This document shows, one piece after another, positions 11,936 to 25,769 of a DNA stretch of 64,000 nt; the stretch's first letter is position 1, and every line of letters begins with the position of its first letter. The position numbers and the translations under genes are program-made. This stretch comes from Podarcis tiliguerta. Its lineage: Eukaryota. Location: assembly GCA_965153285.1 (NCBI GenBank), contig OZ229115.1; one strand, written 5' to 3'. Under the pieces are notes generated by a model. That model was not told the origin of the DNA. It saw only the letters and a program-made list of their open reading frames with translations, and ran no database searches.

Positions 11936-14379
11936 GTAAGTATGTTGCTCAGGCCATTTTAGAGCCTCCATAGATGTATGGCTAAGTAATTTTTCATAGA
12001 TTTCAGGTCTGCCTGCTGTGGCACAGCCTAGAACATGTCCAAACAATTGTTTGATCCTTTCCTGTGCTGTAGAGATCAAATGTATCTTCTTAATGTTGTT
12101 ATTACCTAGATCAATTAATTGGAAAATTATAAAATGAACTGTAGATTCCTGTTGCATTTTCATAGGTATTTTGTCTATAGATGTGATAGTTAATTATGTT
12201 ACTACTGTTGGATGAGCTACTGAGACTTGTGTGAAGATTTATTACTATTGTTATTATGGTGGTGGTGATGGCTCTTTATTTCTTTATCTTTTATACAAGC
12301 AGAAGCATGTTGTTTCCATTTATTTTCTTTATCCTCCATTAGATATGACTTACTGGTAAAGGCATTAATTTTGGGGGATGGTTTTGTCCTGGTTCTGCAA
12401 CGGATCTGTATGTTTTAATTGTGTCCAGTACATACCAGGACACAACTGAATGAAGAATCCAACACACATACAAAATGCAGTTATTGTGCTGGTATTTGCA
12501 CAGAGTGAGATGCAACTTCAATGCCTTGCTTACTGGTGTATTTGGGCTTTGGTTACTCAGGTGGAACCAATTCTAGTTTAGTCCTTATTTAAATAGCTGA
12601 AGATGATTTGTTTCTCCAGTGCTTTATTAAACAAAACAAAAAAAGCAATCCAAATGTTGTTGCTTTCATTATTATTTGGTTCAATCCATGATGCAATTGA
12701 TGGTGTGCAAATTATGAAGGATAATCTGGGGTTCTCCTGAGTTTGAACACACTTCTCCTTTCTATCTCTTATTGGCTCCTTCCTGACATTTTAAACATCT
12801 TGTTTTGACAGGGTGAAACTACAAGTTCCCTGCTTCTCTTCCACATAAGTGTTCCTGCTATATGCATGTTATTGGATATTCATTTTAGTTTTTTGCAACT
12901 TGGTTACTATATGAGCAAGCTACCACGGTGTGTTCAATGTGAAAGGCAGTGTTCAGTGTGACAGGAAAGAGCAAGATTTTTATCCAAGCCTGAAGGTGGC
13001 ATGGGGGGCTTTTTCAGCTATAAATGTTAACCTTTCACTTCCCACTTTTGATTCCCCCATATGGCCCTGTGTACCACATTTAGGCTTGGAAAAATATTTG
13101 CTGGTTTCAAAGGGAGGTTTGTGGTGGTGGGAATTGAGGGGAGGCTGCAGGCCTGATGGGGAGGCAGCATGGGCTGTATTTGACCCATAGCCTGGCAGTT
13201 ACCTAATTGTGGCCTGCTTTGTCATTTTCTATTACCATGTTTCCTGGCAGCACCAAAGCAGTTACTGGGGTGTTTCAGAGTACCTAAAGTGAATGTATTA
13301 TTCACTCCCAAACCCTCCTAAATTGACCTTTGTATCTGATGTAGTTCAGGAGCTTTTATTATATTTGCAATAAAATGTGCTGTGTGTTTAGGAAAGGGTT
13401 GTGGTAGTGTCTTGATCTTTGTCTGTCACTTGGCTTTATTATTGTGGCATACTTTTTTCGTTGTTAAGATAACAGTAAAGTATATTGTTGTAATGGTTGC
13501 AAATATTTAACTTCCTGTATATAACCATCTACTACACCTCATTGACTCTTGGAAACCACCATGGTTATTGTGAAATGAGTCTTTGAGACAGCAGTCTGCT
13601 TATTTGCTTTATGGGAGTTAAAAAATGGTAAGTACATATATAGAAAAATAGGAGTTGAAGTGCACTGGAGAACAAATGCATTTGAAGTACAGTGGAGTAG
13701 CATCCCACATCTGATGCATGCTTACTTGGAAAATAGTCCCACTTAGTTCAATGGAACTTAATTCTAGGCATGTAAGGCTTTGGATTGCAGCCAAAGTATC
13801 CTAACAAATGTCATAACTACAATGAGGTCAGCTGGGAAGTAAAATGTAGTAGTACAGTTGGTGTGATGCCTGATCAGTATTAAAAATAGTGTCTCTAATA
13901 ATGCTCTTTAAGCATAGGATGTGCAATTATAGTTGGACCATTTGGCTCCAGTTGTGCTCAGCTTGTAGTTCAAACTTTGAAGGGATAACTTTGTTTGTAA
14001 ATGAAATAGTCTATTTCTAGGTCATATAGGGTTCCCATAAATTTCATGAATCAGCACAACCTAGCCAAACTTAAGTATATTGAAAATTTATTTTTATTTA
14101 TTTATTTAATGTATTTATTAAATGTGTATACCACCCTTAATCCATTGATCTCAGGGCAGTTCACAGCATTTTAGTTCATTCAGTGGGAGATAATAAAGCA
14201 CATGCTTCTGAAATAAATTGGACCTCAATGCTTAACTTTTGCTGGATCGTTTCTAATGTTTTTCTCCTTTGCATGTAACCACAAATTTGTATATCTGTGT
14301 TTGTGTGTGTACACACACACACGCACACACACGCGCACACCTGCTAACCTAAGTTAACATTTCAGGCATATTTCTAATT

Positions 14380-14452
14380 CCTCTAGTCTATTAAATCTTA
14401 TACCACAAGATTGTTAATCTTTAAAATGCCAAAAGACTCCTTGTTACTTCTG
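14380..14452 (+). mobile_element. Penelope-like element terminal remnant
   Basis: tctagtctattaaatcttataccaca...tgttaatctttaaaatgccaaaagactccttgtt resembles reptile Penelope termini (ccacgaaagcttatgcc...gttagtctttaaggtgccacaag). Confidence 0.45.
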
Positions 14453-15311
14453 TATGTATATATATTGCCTACAACTTGCACTTAGTGTCTTGTTATGTCA
14501 GAAGCATAAATCCACTCCATTTCTGTTATGTGTTTTTTGCTGTCATTTTTGGAGGGCATGATACCATTGACCAACTCTCTTTCATTTGAACTGCACTTTT
14601 TTGCAGTTGCACAGTTGCCTAGTAACTGTAGATGATGATACAGAGTGGGGAAGATCTTGGCTTTCGCTTTTTTTCAGCACAGAAAATAAACAGAGTAAAA
14701 GCAGATATTCGATGTGCTGTATTCTGTTGTCATGGACTTGGAATACAGGATCTTGGCATGTTTACCCTTCACACACAAAATTATGAAATGTTTGCTTCCA
14801 GATAGAAACTTCTGTGTCTGATCAGGGGAAACAGGTAGTCAATTCAAACTCCCCACCCCCACCCCAATATCACCTGTTTTACCTAGACTCCCTCTCAACC
14901 CTTCTTCCTGTATTTGCATTTTCTGATGTTCAATCGTAGGTGTTAAATTCCTTCCTGATTTTTCTGTCTCTTATCCCTTATTTCAGACAAGTGGGCTGAT
15001 CTTACACAGTGTGACATGTTCCTGGACTGCCTGATCAATATTGCTATTACCAGTTTTGATGAAGGCAGTATCAAAATCTCATAAACAAACAAGCAAATTA
15101 ATGAGATAAGTTAGGGACTAGAACTGCACAGTTTCTAGATAGGACTTTTCAGCAGATCTTTAGCCAACAAGCTCATGTAAATAAATTCTTTAGTCAAACA
15201 GGCAAACATTTAACATTTGAAAAGCTGCCCATTGCAAAGGCTTGAATTCGAAAACGTGAGCACAAAGAACTATTATAAAACAAGACACACTCCCCCCAAA
15301 TAACCATAGTT

Positions 15312-15534
15312 GGGCAATAGCTTTTATTTGGACCAACTAAAATTATCATCTGTACCTTGAAATTGAGCCTACGAGTTGACCTCATAGCTACTACATTAGC
15401 CTAATTTCTGTCCCCTTTTATCTTGTCCCCCCCGGTTCTTTGTGTAACATCGTGCTTCACGAAGAGTTCTGGAGAACTCTAAAGCTTGCCACACTTTTGT
15501 GACATTTTGGTTGCTCCCAAGAAAGGTATTGCCC
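15312..15534. mobile_element. Penelope-like remnant with inverted termini and a decayed hammerhead core
   Basis: Imperfect inverted repeat 15312-15348 vs 15500-15534; hairpin agagttc-tgga-gaactct at 15463-15480 between degenerate CTGAnGA and GAAA boxes. Confidence 0.55.
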
Positions 15535-15867
15535 ACCTGTTGAAGACACACTGAGTTCATAGTTTTATCAAACACGGGGAGGATAAAGATTATGAAGCAC
15601 TTTGTAAACGGAAGGCGATATAAATAGTAGTAGCGACAGCAGTAGGAGCAGAAGCCCAAATGTTTAAGTGGAAGGGATTTAATTGGTGTCTTAAATGCAT
15701 CAAGAGTGCCTTGATGTGTCTGGAGCTTCAGTATGTTTCCTAAGAATTATTGCATTTGAATATTATAACAGGTATAATAAAGGAAATAAACCTTAACAAA
15801 ATATATATTCCCCATTCCCTGAAGAAATGGGTAAGGTCTTGTTTTTAAATAATTGTACTGAACCTGT

Positions 15868-16063
15868 GAAGTTGCCTTATATGATGCCACAGTATTGATT
15901 CATCTAGCCCTCTAGCCCATCTGGTAGCAGCTATCCATGACTTGAGGCAGAGGTACTTCCCAACCCTGCCATCCGAAATCCTTGTAAGTCAAAATGCCAA
16001 GGACTGGGTTTGGGTTCTACTTACATGCAAGACACGTCGGCTACCAATGAGCTTTGGTCCCTT
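15868..16063 (-). mobile_element. Squam2-like SINE, degenerate, near full length
   Basis: gaagttgccttata...catctagc...atgccaaggact...catgcaag...ctaccaatgagct matches the reverse complement of the family. Confidence 0.6.
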
Positions 16064-18369
16064 AATACTCGGTAGCTGAGTACTTAGCATTAGGCAAGTT
16101 GTGTGATGTTTGTTTTTCAAGGGAGAAGTTGAATAGCATGGGTGGGCAGACATATGCAGCACTGTACCTTGGCTGATTCTGCTTTGGCTGGACACCTACC
16201 AGTATGTATCAAATCATGACATCTGCTCTCTCTCAGCCTTGGAATATCCTTACTGATTTAGCTCAAATTTCCTGACAAATGCTGCAACCCTGAACCCACA
16301 GAAACCTGTAAGTGACTGTTGAAGCCATTCAGTAGACAGATTTTAGTCCATGCCTGCTTCCTGCTGAAGCATAAAATCACGTTCTTACTCATTTCTTCCT
16401 GCTGCTGTTGTCACTGGCTTTTCTCCAATGGTTGTACTGCAAAAATAGTTGGTAGCAGGAAAGCACTAGATGCAATTCTTATCTGTTTCCCGTCTGTCTG
16501 TTTCTATGGGAACAGAAATTAGGTGCATGAGCAAATAGACTCACTCAGCTGCTCCTGGTAGGTTGTGGTTCGCTTCTATTTTTATGGTTGCAAGCTCTGT
16601 TGAAAGATAATCTGAATTTGAGTTTCAGGAAAAAGAGTTTTAAGACTGTTAAGTTTCCAGGGTTCCTGCTGATAATGCAGGAGGTTTGAAGTAATGTTTG
16701 TGCCGGTCATATGTTTGACACTTTCTTACCTCCCACCACCATTTAGTTATTTGTGAGCCTTGATTTTCTTCTAGCAGGTATGTTGCTATCTCTAGGACCT
16801 GAAAGGGGATTTTGAGACACCATATTCACAATCTTCGTTACATAAATAGTTAGAAAGTTTTTCTCAAATACACATTGCATAAGCGTAAGTTATGCATTTA
16901 TAACTCTGAAACTATCAAAAGTGTGCAACTTAGTAAACGTACTATAAATTTCTTTTAAGTATACACCATTATGCTGCATGGAATTGTTGGCATAAGTGTT
17001 GGAGTAGTGAGCTGTAACCATTGCCACAAATCTGCACAACTACAAAGTTGAATGCAGGGCATTAGCCATGTATTATATATTTGATACCTTCGTCCTCCTG
17101 CTTTTGCAGTCCAGACAAAAAGAAATGACAAGGTGTTCTTGCGACTACAAGATAGTCTTAGGTTTGGACTAGTGGCTTATAAGTTGGAAAGGCCTGTATT
17201 AAAATGTAGCCTGATTGCAAGCTGTTGGTTGTCTTCTGTCTTTGCTCCGCAGCATGTGGATAATTTTGGTGCTCTAATTTGAAAGGCTGCCTGGCATTTT
17301 AGCCAAATTAGGTTGTTGAATTATTCTCTCCTTGCATGAGTGCTGGTGCATGAGGTTAGAGCAGGGCTGAGCTTGCTGGCCCCACCCCATGCTCATGGAA
17401 GATACTCAGTAATGTGAGGCTGACCAAGGTGCTGCCAGAATTCCTAATTGAAGAAAATACAAATGCATCATCACTGCAGCAAAAAGTTGTATCTAGAACT
17501 GTATGCGCAACACTTGCAACATGTATGTGATCAAGTACAAATTACCTTGATAATATCAGGGGAGTGATAACAGCTCAAGAGCAGCTAATAAGTCCTAACC
17601 AAACCACATGGGATCAAGGAGAGCATGAGTGAAGTTTCTTTCATGCAACAAGGCTTTCCCTTGCATCTGTTCCACTGTAGTCAATTCCACTCCCCTACAT
17701 GTAAGGGATCCTCTAGGATGGTGGGGGGATGTGACGCGGGGGCTGATCCTGGAGGATAGAGATTGAGGACGCCACCCCACCGCCCTCAGCAGCAGATCTG
17801 TATTTTGCTTGTGAAAGAAATCATTTGGATCATAGCCATTATCTTGGATGTGTGGTTCATTTCTTGAAAGGCAGCCTTGGTTTGTTAGGGTGCTATTTAT
17901 CAGAAGTGACTGTATTCCCACATGGCTGACTAAGCTTTGCTTGTGCTGGTTTTCTTCTAATTGTATTTCAGCTCTTGCAGGCTGAAGCATCATGACTTAC
18001 ACACAGCCTTGTTGGAAGGGGAGCTACATTGTTCTCCCGCAAATAACAAAACTGAATTACTTTAATAACAGGCTTTATTTGCTAAATAACTTGGAGGTTA
18101 AGTAGTCTAAAATAGCGGTGTTGGACTAATTATTGTAGTGTTCTTGTCACTAGCCAATTCATTCTTTCAAATAATTGCAGCTCTCTATTTTTAAAGAAAG
18201 AATTGCCTTGCTGCAAGCTACATTGCTCCCACTTTACACTTTTGAAAGTTTTCGGCAGCTAGTCTCTCTTTCTTTTTGAACATTTGCTTACATTTCGTTA
18301 TTGAATTAAGCAGAAGTTTAGTCATTCACTAGTTTTGCGGCACACTACCTACTCATATAAAATATAAGT

Positions 18370-18960
18370 ATAATAGGCCATAAGATGCCAGAAAAGCCAT
18401 ACAGAATGATCATAAAAATGACTGTCTCTTCTTAAGAAAACATTAAACAACCATAAAGTCCTGTTGGCATAAAAAGGTTTTCAGAAGATGCCTGAACATT
18501 AGCAGCAAGGATGCCTGCCAAATCTTGGCTGAAAGAGTACTTCTCAGCATATGTACCAACAACCCTAAATGCCTGACTTCTAGCTGCAGCTAGTCAGATT
18601 TCTGAAACTAGGGACAACTAACAGCACTCCTCCATATTATCTTGGTGATGTATAGTCTCCCCCGCCCCAACATGGTCTAAGGGATAGTGGACCGGCCCCC
18701 TGCTGAAAAAGTTAGCTAATAGAGCATATTGCAGTAAGACAGTCTCAAGGTTGCTAATGCATGGACTGCAGTGGCCAAACTATCATGATGCACACACAGC
18801 TGTTCCTGGAGTACAAGACAAAGCTGGTAAAAGGCAGTCCTAGCCACAGAGGTCACTTGGACATCTAATGACAAAGATGTATTGAGGAATGCCCCCAAGC
18901 TACATACCTGCTCCTTCAGAGGAAACGCAACCTTTCCAGAACAAGCAATTGGTCTATCTT
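18370..18960 (-). mobile_element. L2 ORF2/3' fragment interrupted by a hAT MITE end (~18651-18716)
   Basis: ORF 18716-18898 (QVTSVARTAFYQL...AVHALATLRLSYCNMLY) is typical of the L2 ORF2 C-terminus. gtggaccggccccctgctgaaaaagtt matches the 3' end of the MITE at 30260-30515. Confidence 0.75.
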
Positions 18961-20479
18961 CAAGGCCTTAAATGAAAACTGGTTGTTTTTTTTTACAAAG
19001 CTGATCTCTGCGGTAAGTAAGCCGCAGTAAGTAAGCCATAGTTGGAGTAGTTTCTTTGAAATCAGTAGATTTCAGTTACTTTAGACCATTGATTTCAGTG
19101 GGTCTACTTTGAGTATGGCTCATGTTGGATATGAAAGCCTGCCATTTGCTTTTTCTGTGCTTGGTGTTGCAGAATCATGGCACACACTTTATCAGTCTCG
19201 TTAAGCAATCTTTTAAAGCCCTTTGTATAGTGGAAAAAGCTCAACATTCAGTGTCTCAAAGTAGCTATTTGTTACCACTTGAGGGCAGTAGATTTCCTTT
19301 TTTGGCATTCTCTAAAAATTCTGTTTAACCCTGATTCCTCCTCTATGGATGGAACATACTGCAAATATGTGTGAAACAGTATGAAATGATGTTCTTCCTG
19401 CTTTCTTTTCTGCGTTGCAGCTTTGATTATTAATGTAACATTCTTGCTTTCCTACCTTTGGAATAAAACATCATGGCACTATTCTTCTATCTACCTGTCT
19501 CCCAGGTGCTTTCCAAGATTTTTTTCAGCATTCCAAACTGAAAAGATAAATTGGAGGCAGAGTAGTTGAATGACTCCACATTATTATAGTACACGTTGCA
19601 CTTTGCTTTTTATAGTAATCTGTTTTCCTTTAATGGAACAGAAACATATTCTCTTGATCAACCCTGACCACCTTCTGCACATTAAAAAAAATGTGCCCCT
19701 TCTCCCCCAAATAGTAAAGTTTTCTTTACTTTGCTACTCCTTGCTTGTGGTAAACTTCAGTTTCCTGAATTACAGTGGAGCCTCAACCTAAACACTTAAT
19801 AATCAAAGTACTTACAAACTAAGCTTTTGCCATCACCAGGGAATGTGTGTGGTGTACGTCCCCCAATCTTTCCACTGAAATGCTGTTTTGAATACTGGAT
19901 GATATGTTTAAAGACCACTGGCTCTCTATTTTGATACCTTCCTGAGGCCAGAGCCATCTCAGGAGGTGCAAGATGCAAATAGTAATTAGTTCCATTTGAC
20001 AACCTAGCTATGTTCCTTATTAGGAATTTTTGCATGGAAACCTTTTACTGCATTTGAAAATGTTCCACTACAGCCCTGGGCTGTTGGTGTTGATCACAGA
20101 TGTGTTTTGATTTACTTGTGTGGTGGCTGTGGGAGGGCTGGACAGAGACCAGTATGTAACCAGGACAGTTCAACAGCTGGATCTGCTTGCTATTCCTTGA
20201 AGATTCTGCTATGTCCACAGTCCTATTAGAGAATTGCTGTGCTTCTGCTTAATCTGGTTTTATTGTTGCTCTTTCTATACTTTCCTTATTGGGGAATGTT
20301 GGAAATATCTAATGTTTCTTTAAAATTTGTATACATTATTATCAATACATATATAATAAAGAACCCCCAAATAAAAGGAAGAGGTGATAGACTATGTAAT
20401 AAATAAATGGAATATATATGAAGATTCTTAATACCGAAAAACATAGATACACATTTACTATTTTTGCTTGGCAGCACTA

Positions 20480-20710
20480 ACACTCTGGAACCTCTTGCTT
20501 ACTGACATTAGGCAGACACCTTCACTATGTTATTTTCAGTGCCAGCTAAAAACCTTTTTGTTTTCATGTGTAATTTTATTTTATTATGTATATTTCAAAC
20601 TGCTGATTTGATCTAAGTTTCATAATTTTTTTAGGTTAACTTGTTTTTATCTCTCTCTCTCTTTAGTAAGCCGTTTAGAAGTTTTTATGATTAAGCGGTA
20701 TACAAATTCC
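20480..20710 (+). mobile_element. L2 3' end fragment
   Basis: ctctggaac...attaggcag..acc...gctaaaaacctttttg and gtaagccgtttag...aagcggtatacaaat tail. Confidence 0.6.
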
Positions 20711-22666
20711 ATATTATAAAGTATGTGTATTGGTTTTGTAGATCTTATTCAAATTATGTGGCATTAAATAATACATACCCCCCTTTCAAATTTGTGCAAA
20801 TAGGTTTTGTTGGTTCTAGAATATAAACAAACATCTTATGCTGACTGTTCTTGCAATTGGAATTAAAATGATTTCTGTTTTTGTAAAACTTTCATTATTA
20901 GTAACTGGTAAATTAAAGGCAATGATCCTTTAGCTTTGGTAGTTGTGATCTGTTTTGCAAATTCAGAAATTGTGTGCTTCATTTGCTTTGATACATTTTT
21001 TTAAAATCAACAAATAAAAATTGCCATTTCATTTTTCAAAATACTGAATAACCACAAGATCATCAGTCTTTAATGGGCACTGCAGAAGCTCAGCGAGTAA
21101 TGTAGGGTACAGTGAGTAACACTGGGTACAGTGATCTTGAATCTGTATTCAGTAACACTGGGAGTCAAGATTGTGCAAATAGCAGTCCTAAATAATTTCT
21201 GAAAAATTAGCAGAAAAGGGGACAGGGCAGCCTGACAATTTTAGAAATAGATTTTAAGGAATGAATGGAGAAACTTTGCATATGTTCAATTCAGTCTTGA
21301 GAATTAAACAGTTATGCAATTCATTGATGGTATGAACAGGAATACCATGAGAAAGGACTCTGTTACATATTTTCTGTTTGTTCTGCAATTGCTGTAAGCA
21401 AAAGTGTCTTAACTATAAATGACTTTTTAAATTTAATATGGTTCTAATTTGTTTATTGATGATGATTTGATGCACTTGGTATAAAGCTTTTTTGGTTAGA
21501 TACTTTGCATATTTTGGGGGATAATGTCACTGTCACTGTCATTGATAGTATGATACCCAGTTCCCATATTACGCTGTCCACATGGAAGAAAGGCTCTTCT
21601 GAGTTCAGTGCATATGGTGGTTACTTACAATGTTTCCTGAAATATACAAGGAATTGGAGCCTGAAAAAGGGCAAATGAGCTCCCTTAATATACTGGACTG
21701 TGCATGCCGGGACTCTAACCTCTGCATTCTGGAGTCATATATCTTGGGAGCTTTTATCCAAGAAGCAAATAGATTTAAATAAAAAGGAAAGATGTCCACT
21801 TATTTTCCACCCTGACTGCCCAGAGCAATTTGTTGGGTTGTTTTACTCTGTTCTCTTTTTGCAATCAGTGTTGTAAGTACTTTACAAATTTAGCATTTGT
21901 TTCTAGTTTTCCCCTCCTGAGTCACCCTCAAATGCACTTAAGGTTTTTGCCTCATACTGGCTTAACCAAACAAATAAATATTTGTCATATGGACTTATTC
22001 AGTATTAAACAGTTATTGGCATGATTTTCAACTGCTGTCCCAAGTGCATACCTTCAGTTCCTTTAGAGAGTTTATTTACTATACATTAGGCATAAATGCC
22101 TGATTGGTAATGAAAGGTAAGAGGAGAAGCCTTGGCAACAAAAGCTTGGAAACTTTTCTTTGAGCCTAAACACAGATTTCAAGTGCCCGTAGCCTGTGAT
22201 TCTGTGCATACTTAGGAGGATGCACAGATTGTGTCTTGTTTGGAGGGAAACAAAGCACAAGTGCTGGGTTGCATGTATTGCTAAGCCATCTGCTCCAGGG
22301 TTTGTTTCCCTGTTTGACTAAAATCGGAGTCAAGTGGGAGAGCTTGAGCTGCATGTGCCAGTACACAGCTTATGGACAGCATGGTTAAACAAGCCATAGC
22401 TTGTGCCTTAGCACTGTATCAAAATGTGGCCCCTGCCATTTAGGAGTTCTTTTTCTGAATTATTCTTAAAGTATTTCTGCCAGAATCAATTATGCTTATT
22501 AAATACATTTATTGAAGGCTAAGTTCACATGCACATAAAGTTGGATGGGCAACTTTTGTGGCCTTGAGGGCCAGAGATAGTGGTGGTAGATCAGGGACCA
22601 CACACTCATTTGCACACGTACACACAGACACACTCATTCCCCATAACCTTCCCCCTCCCCACCAAT

Positions 22667-22667
22667 G

Positions 22668-22729
<62 letters not shown>

Positions 22730-22731
22730 AC
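22667..22731. repeat. Compound (CT)n(CA)n microsatellite
   Basis: Seen directly. Confidence 0.95.
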
Positions 22732-22801
22732 CAAACACAAACACACTTTTATCTCAGCATGAGAGGAGACATGCAATGGTATTTTTTTAAAAATCCATAT
22801 A

Positions 22802-23026
22802 CAGTTGTACCTTGGAAGTCGAATGGAATCCATTCCGGAAGTCCATTCAACTTCCAAAACATTTGGAAACATTGGCACCTTAAGCTAATTGGAAACCGCA
22901 GAAGCCCCATCGGTCTTTTGGCTTCCAAAATAATGTTTGAAAACTGGAACACTCACTTCTGGGTTTCGATTGTTTGGGAGCTGGAACGTTTGACTCCCAA
23001 GGTGTTCGGGATCCAAGGTATGACTG
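22802..23026. mobile_element. Tigger/pogo-type (Tc1/mariner) MITE
   Basis: TIRs cagttgtaccttgg / ccaaggtatgactg, flanked by TA on both sides (22800-22801, 23027-23028). Confidence 0.8.
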
Positions 23027-24829
23027 TATCGCTTTATCTCCCCACTCTACTCCCTATCTCTGGCAAGTGCTTCCTTCTGCTTTCCCTCGTTTGGATTGTC
23101 TTTCTCCACTGTGGTGCTGAGTTCCATTCTGATCTTGCTGACTCTTGCTACATCTTGCTGTTGTCTTTCTTCTCTTTTGATCATTGAGTGTGCAAGGTAA
23201 AGTGTTGTATAGATGCTCTACCTGGCACATCTATGGTTGGAGGAAGCAAAGAGTAGGGTAGACAGAGGTGGCAACGTTGGCTCAGTTCTGTAAGGGAGGG
23301 GGGTTTTCTTTGGGGTTTTTTTTTAAGTAATGGGTGGTTAGCAAAAGTGAAATTGCTTTGGTGGCAGGGACGGTACCAAATGCAGCTGTGGCCATGGCAA
23401 ATTTAGTGGCAGAGGCGGTGGGTAAATTTGACAGCAGTAGAAAACTGAGAGGCATCCAGCTGGCCACATGGGGCAGGGGGACAACTATATGTAGCCTGTG
23501 TTTTGCTCTTTGTGGTGTAACTGTATTATATATTTTTATTGGGGATATTCAGGATGACGTGTCGCCTTCTGGATTGTTTACATATTTGATGGGGTCATTT
23601 TTAGAGAAGTCATGGGACTATCCCAGAGTTATCGTGACCTTTTGTCATGGATGAATGTATACTGGGAAGGAATATATTTTATATTGACACTTGGCAGAAA
23701 CAAGCATTTCAGAAATAGGGATCCTTTAAATAGAAATATGTACTCCATGTTCCTTCACTTTCACTCATCTTTTTGTGTGAATAGTACAGGAGTTTGTTTT
23801 CAAAACCTGCCTACTTGATTATGGATGTAAAATCCAGATTTCTTTGGAATTACCCATTTCTGAGTAAGGTGAACACTCAGCTCTGAATAAAGATACTCTG
23901 CTTAATGAAAACAGATAGTGATTTTCAGCAAATCTGCTGAAAGTTAATGAAATTCCAAACTGCTAATCTTAAGCAGTGTTACTGGACTCTTGCTCCATGA
24001 CCTCAAAGCCACTTTGCACATACGTACACTGAAAATTATTTACATACATGTAACATTGGTGGAATACATATGTGTTTACCATAGCATGTATTATGTGCCA
24101 GGGCGTTGGAGATTTAGCCACTGTTCCTTGCCACATGTATATTTGATAGCAAATGTCCTGGCTCCCACCCAACACATATAGACAGAAGTTATTACTTGCA
24201 GGTAAGAAATAGATATTTATGTTGGCAAAGTAATGTTACTGACTTGGTAGTCATGATTCAGGAGTTCAGGAGCAGGGCAAGAAGTTCAGAACTAGGTGGA
24301 AGGTGATGAAGATGTCCCATCAAGGTTCCGCTTTCCTCCTGCCAAGCTTTTAAAGACAAGGCATGACATGTTCCCTTGTGAGATTCTCTCACTTGTGGGA
24401 ATGCCAAAATTGCAAGCTCGTGCTCTCTCAGGACAAGAGGGTCTGATCTCACCAAAGGGGGTGCTTGGTTCTAGACAACAAGATTGTACCTTCCTATTCT
24501 AGTTCTGCTTTAGTTGTTGCTGTCTCCGGTTCAGCCTCCCTCCTCAGCTGATCAAAACCCTCTCCAGCTTCCACTGAGGCTCAGCATTCCACAGGAATGT
24601 CAGAGGGGAGAGCCAGCATCTCTGCTTCCCTTTCCAAAGTGACTGAAGTTGGGGTGGAAAGATGAGCTCCCCATCTTCTCTAACCTATGTTCCTACAATT
24701 CAGCCCTTGCTTCCCATTTCTTCCTTCTTTCTCTGAATCTACCAACTCAAGCCTGATCTGGACAGGGCTCATGACAGCAAAGAATGTATGATGTGGCCCT
24801 AAAACTAAGTGTAAAAGGAAAGTAAGTAA

Positions 24830-25037
24830 GAGTTTTGTCCAACAAAATAATTACACATGTGGAATGACTTCTGCTCACACAATGGAACTTTCCTGCTCTC
24901 CCCCCACATACTCCCAAGAGTTGGGGAACACCCAGACCTGATCTGGGGGTGCCTGGGGAGGGGAGAGGTAGAAAAAGTTCCATTTTATATGTGGAAGTCC
25001 TTCCACTTGTGCTCAGTGATTTAGTCGGGCACAACCC
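24830..25037. mobile_element. PIF/Harbinger (Tourist-like) palindromic MITE
   Basis: Imperfect TIRs gagttttgtccaac / gtcgggcacaaccc, extended internal inverted symmetry, TAA on both sides. Confidence 0.55.
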
Positions 25038-25509
25038 TAAGTAGCCACATTTAAAAAATGAAGGAATTACATATTTCCACATTAGCAAATTTTGGATATT
25101 CAGTTAACTTTTAAAAGCAGTTCCTTTGTGCTTTTTCTCTTTATTCTCTATAGTTAATGGGGGGAAATATAATTGTTCATAAAGTTTACATAGGTTAGGT
25201 CTGGCAAAGGCGAACGACTTCATAGTCTAGTTGCAGGACTAAATGAAATGAGAAACCAACTTGATAGGCTGCAGTGTGCCTCTTAGAAGCTGTTGCATGC
25301 TTTAAAGTTTCATATTTACTTTTATGCTCCTCCCAGCAATATATTTTGTGTATTGTCAAAGAGGACTTCTGCCTGCTTAACACTAATATTCAGGGTTAGA
25401 TACTTAAGTGAAAATTGAGAGGAAAGGACTTAGGAACTGAATATTGAACATAAAAGACCTGCTTCTGAAATTAATTATTTGCTCACCCAAGAACTAACAT
25501 TTCACATAA

Positions 25510-25769
25510 GGGTTAAATCCAGCATTTCCACAAGCAAAATTCTGCTCATGGGATGCTTCTGCTGGCAAATTATTTTCATCATTTCCCCCTATAGTTGTGG
25601 GGACACTCTGGAACAGTGTGGGAGGTGGTGAGGAGGCTGCAAAGGAAAAGTTGTCTATGAAAATGGCCTGCCCCCATTCCCCCCAGTGGGAGTCTTTGCT
25701 GGATTGCAGGCCCATCCGTGAACAGAAGGAACCCTTCTGTTCATAGAAAGGCAACTCAGGATCCAGTCC
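25510..25769. mobile_element. Related degenerate palindromic MITE
   Basis: gggttaaatcca...ggatccagtcc termini, preceded by TAA. Confidence 0.4.

Noticed and set aside
22558-23187. Longest ORF (209 aa)
   Set aside because: Runs through a (CT)(CA) microsatellite and a Tigger-type MITE; no recognisable protein.
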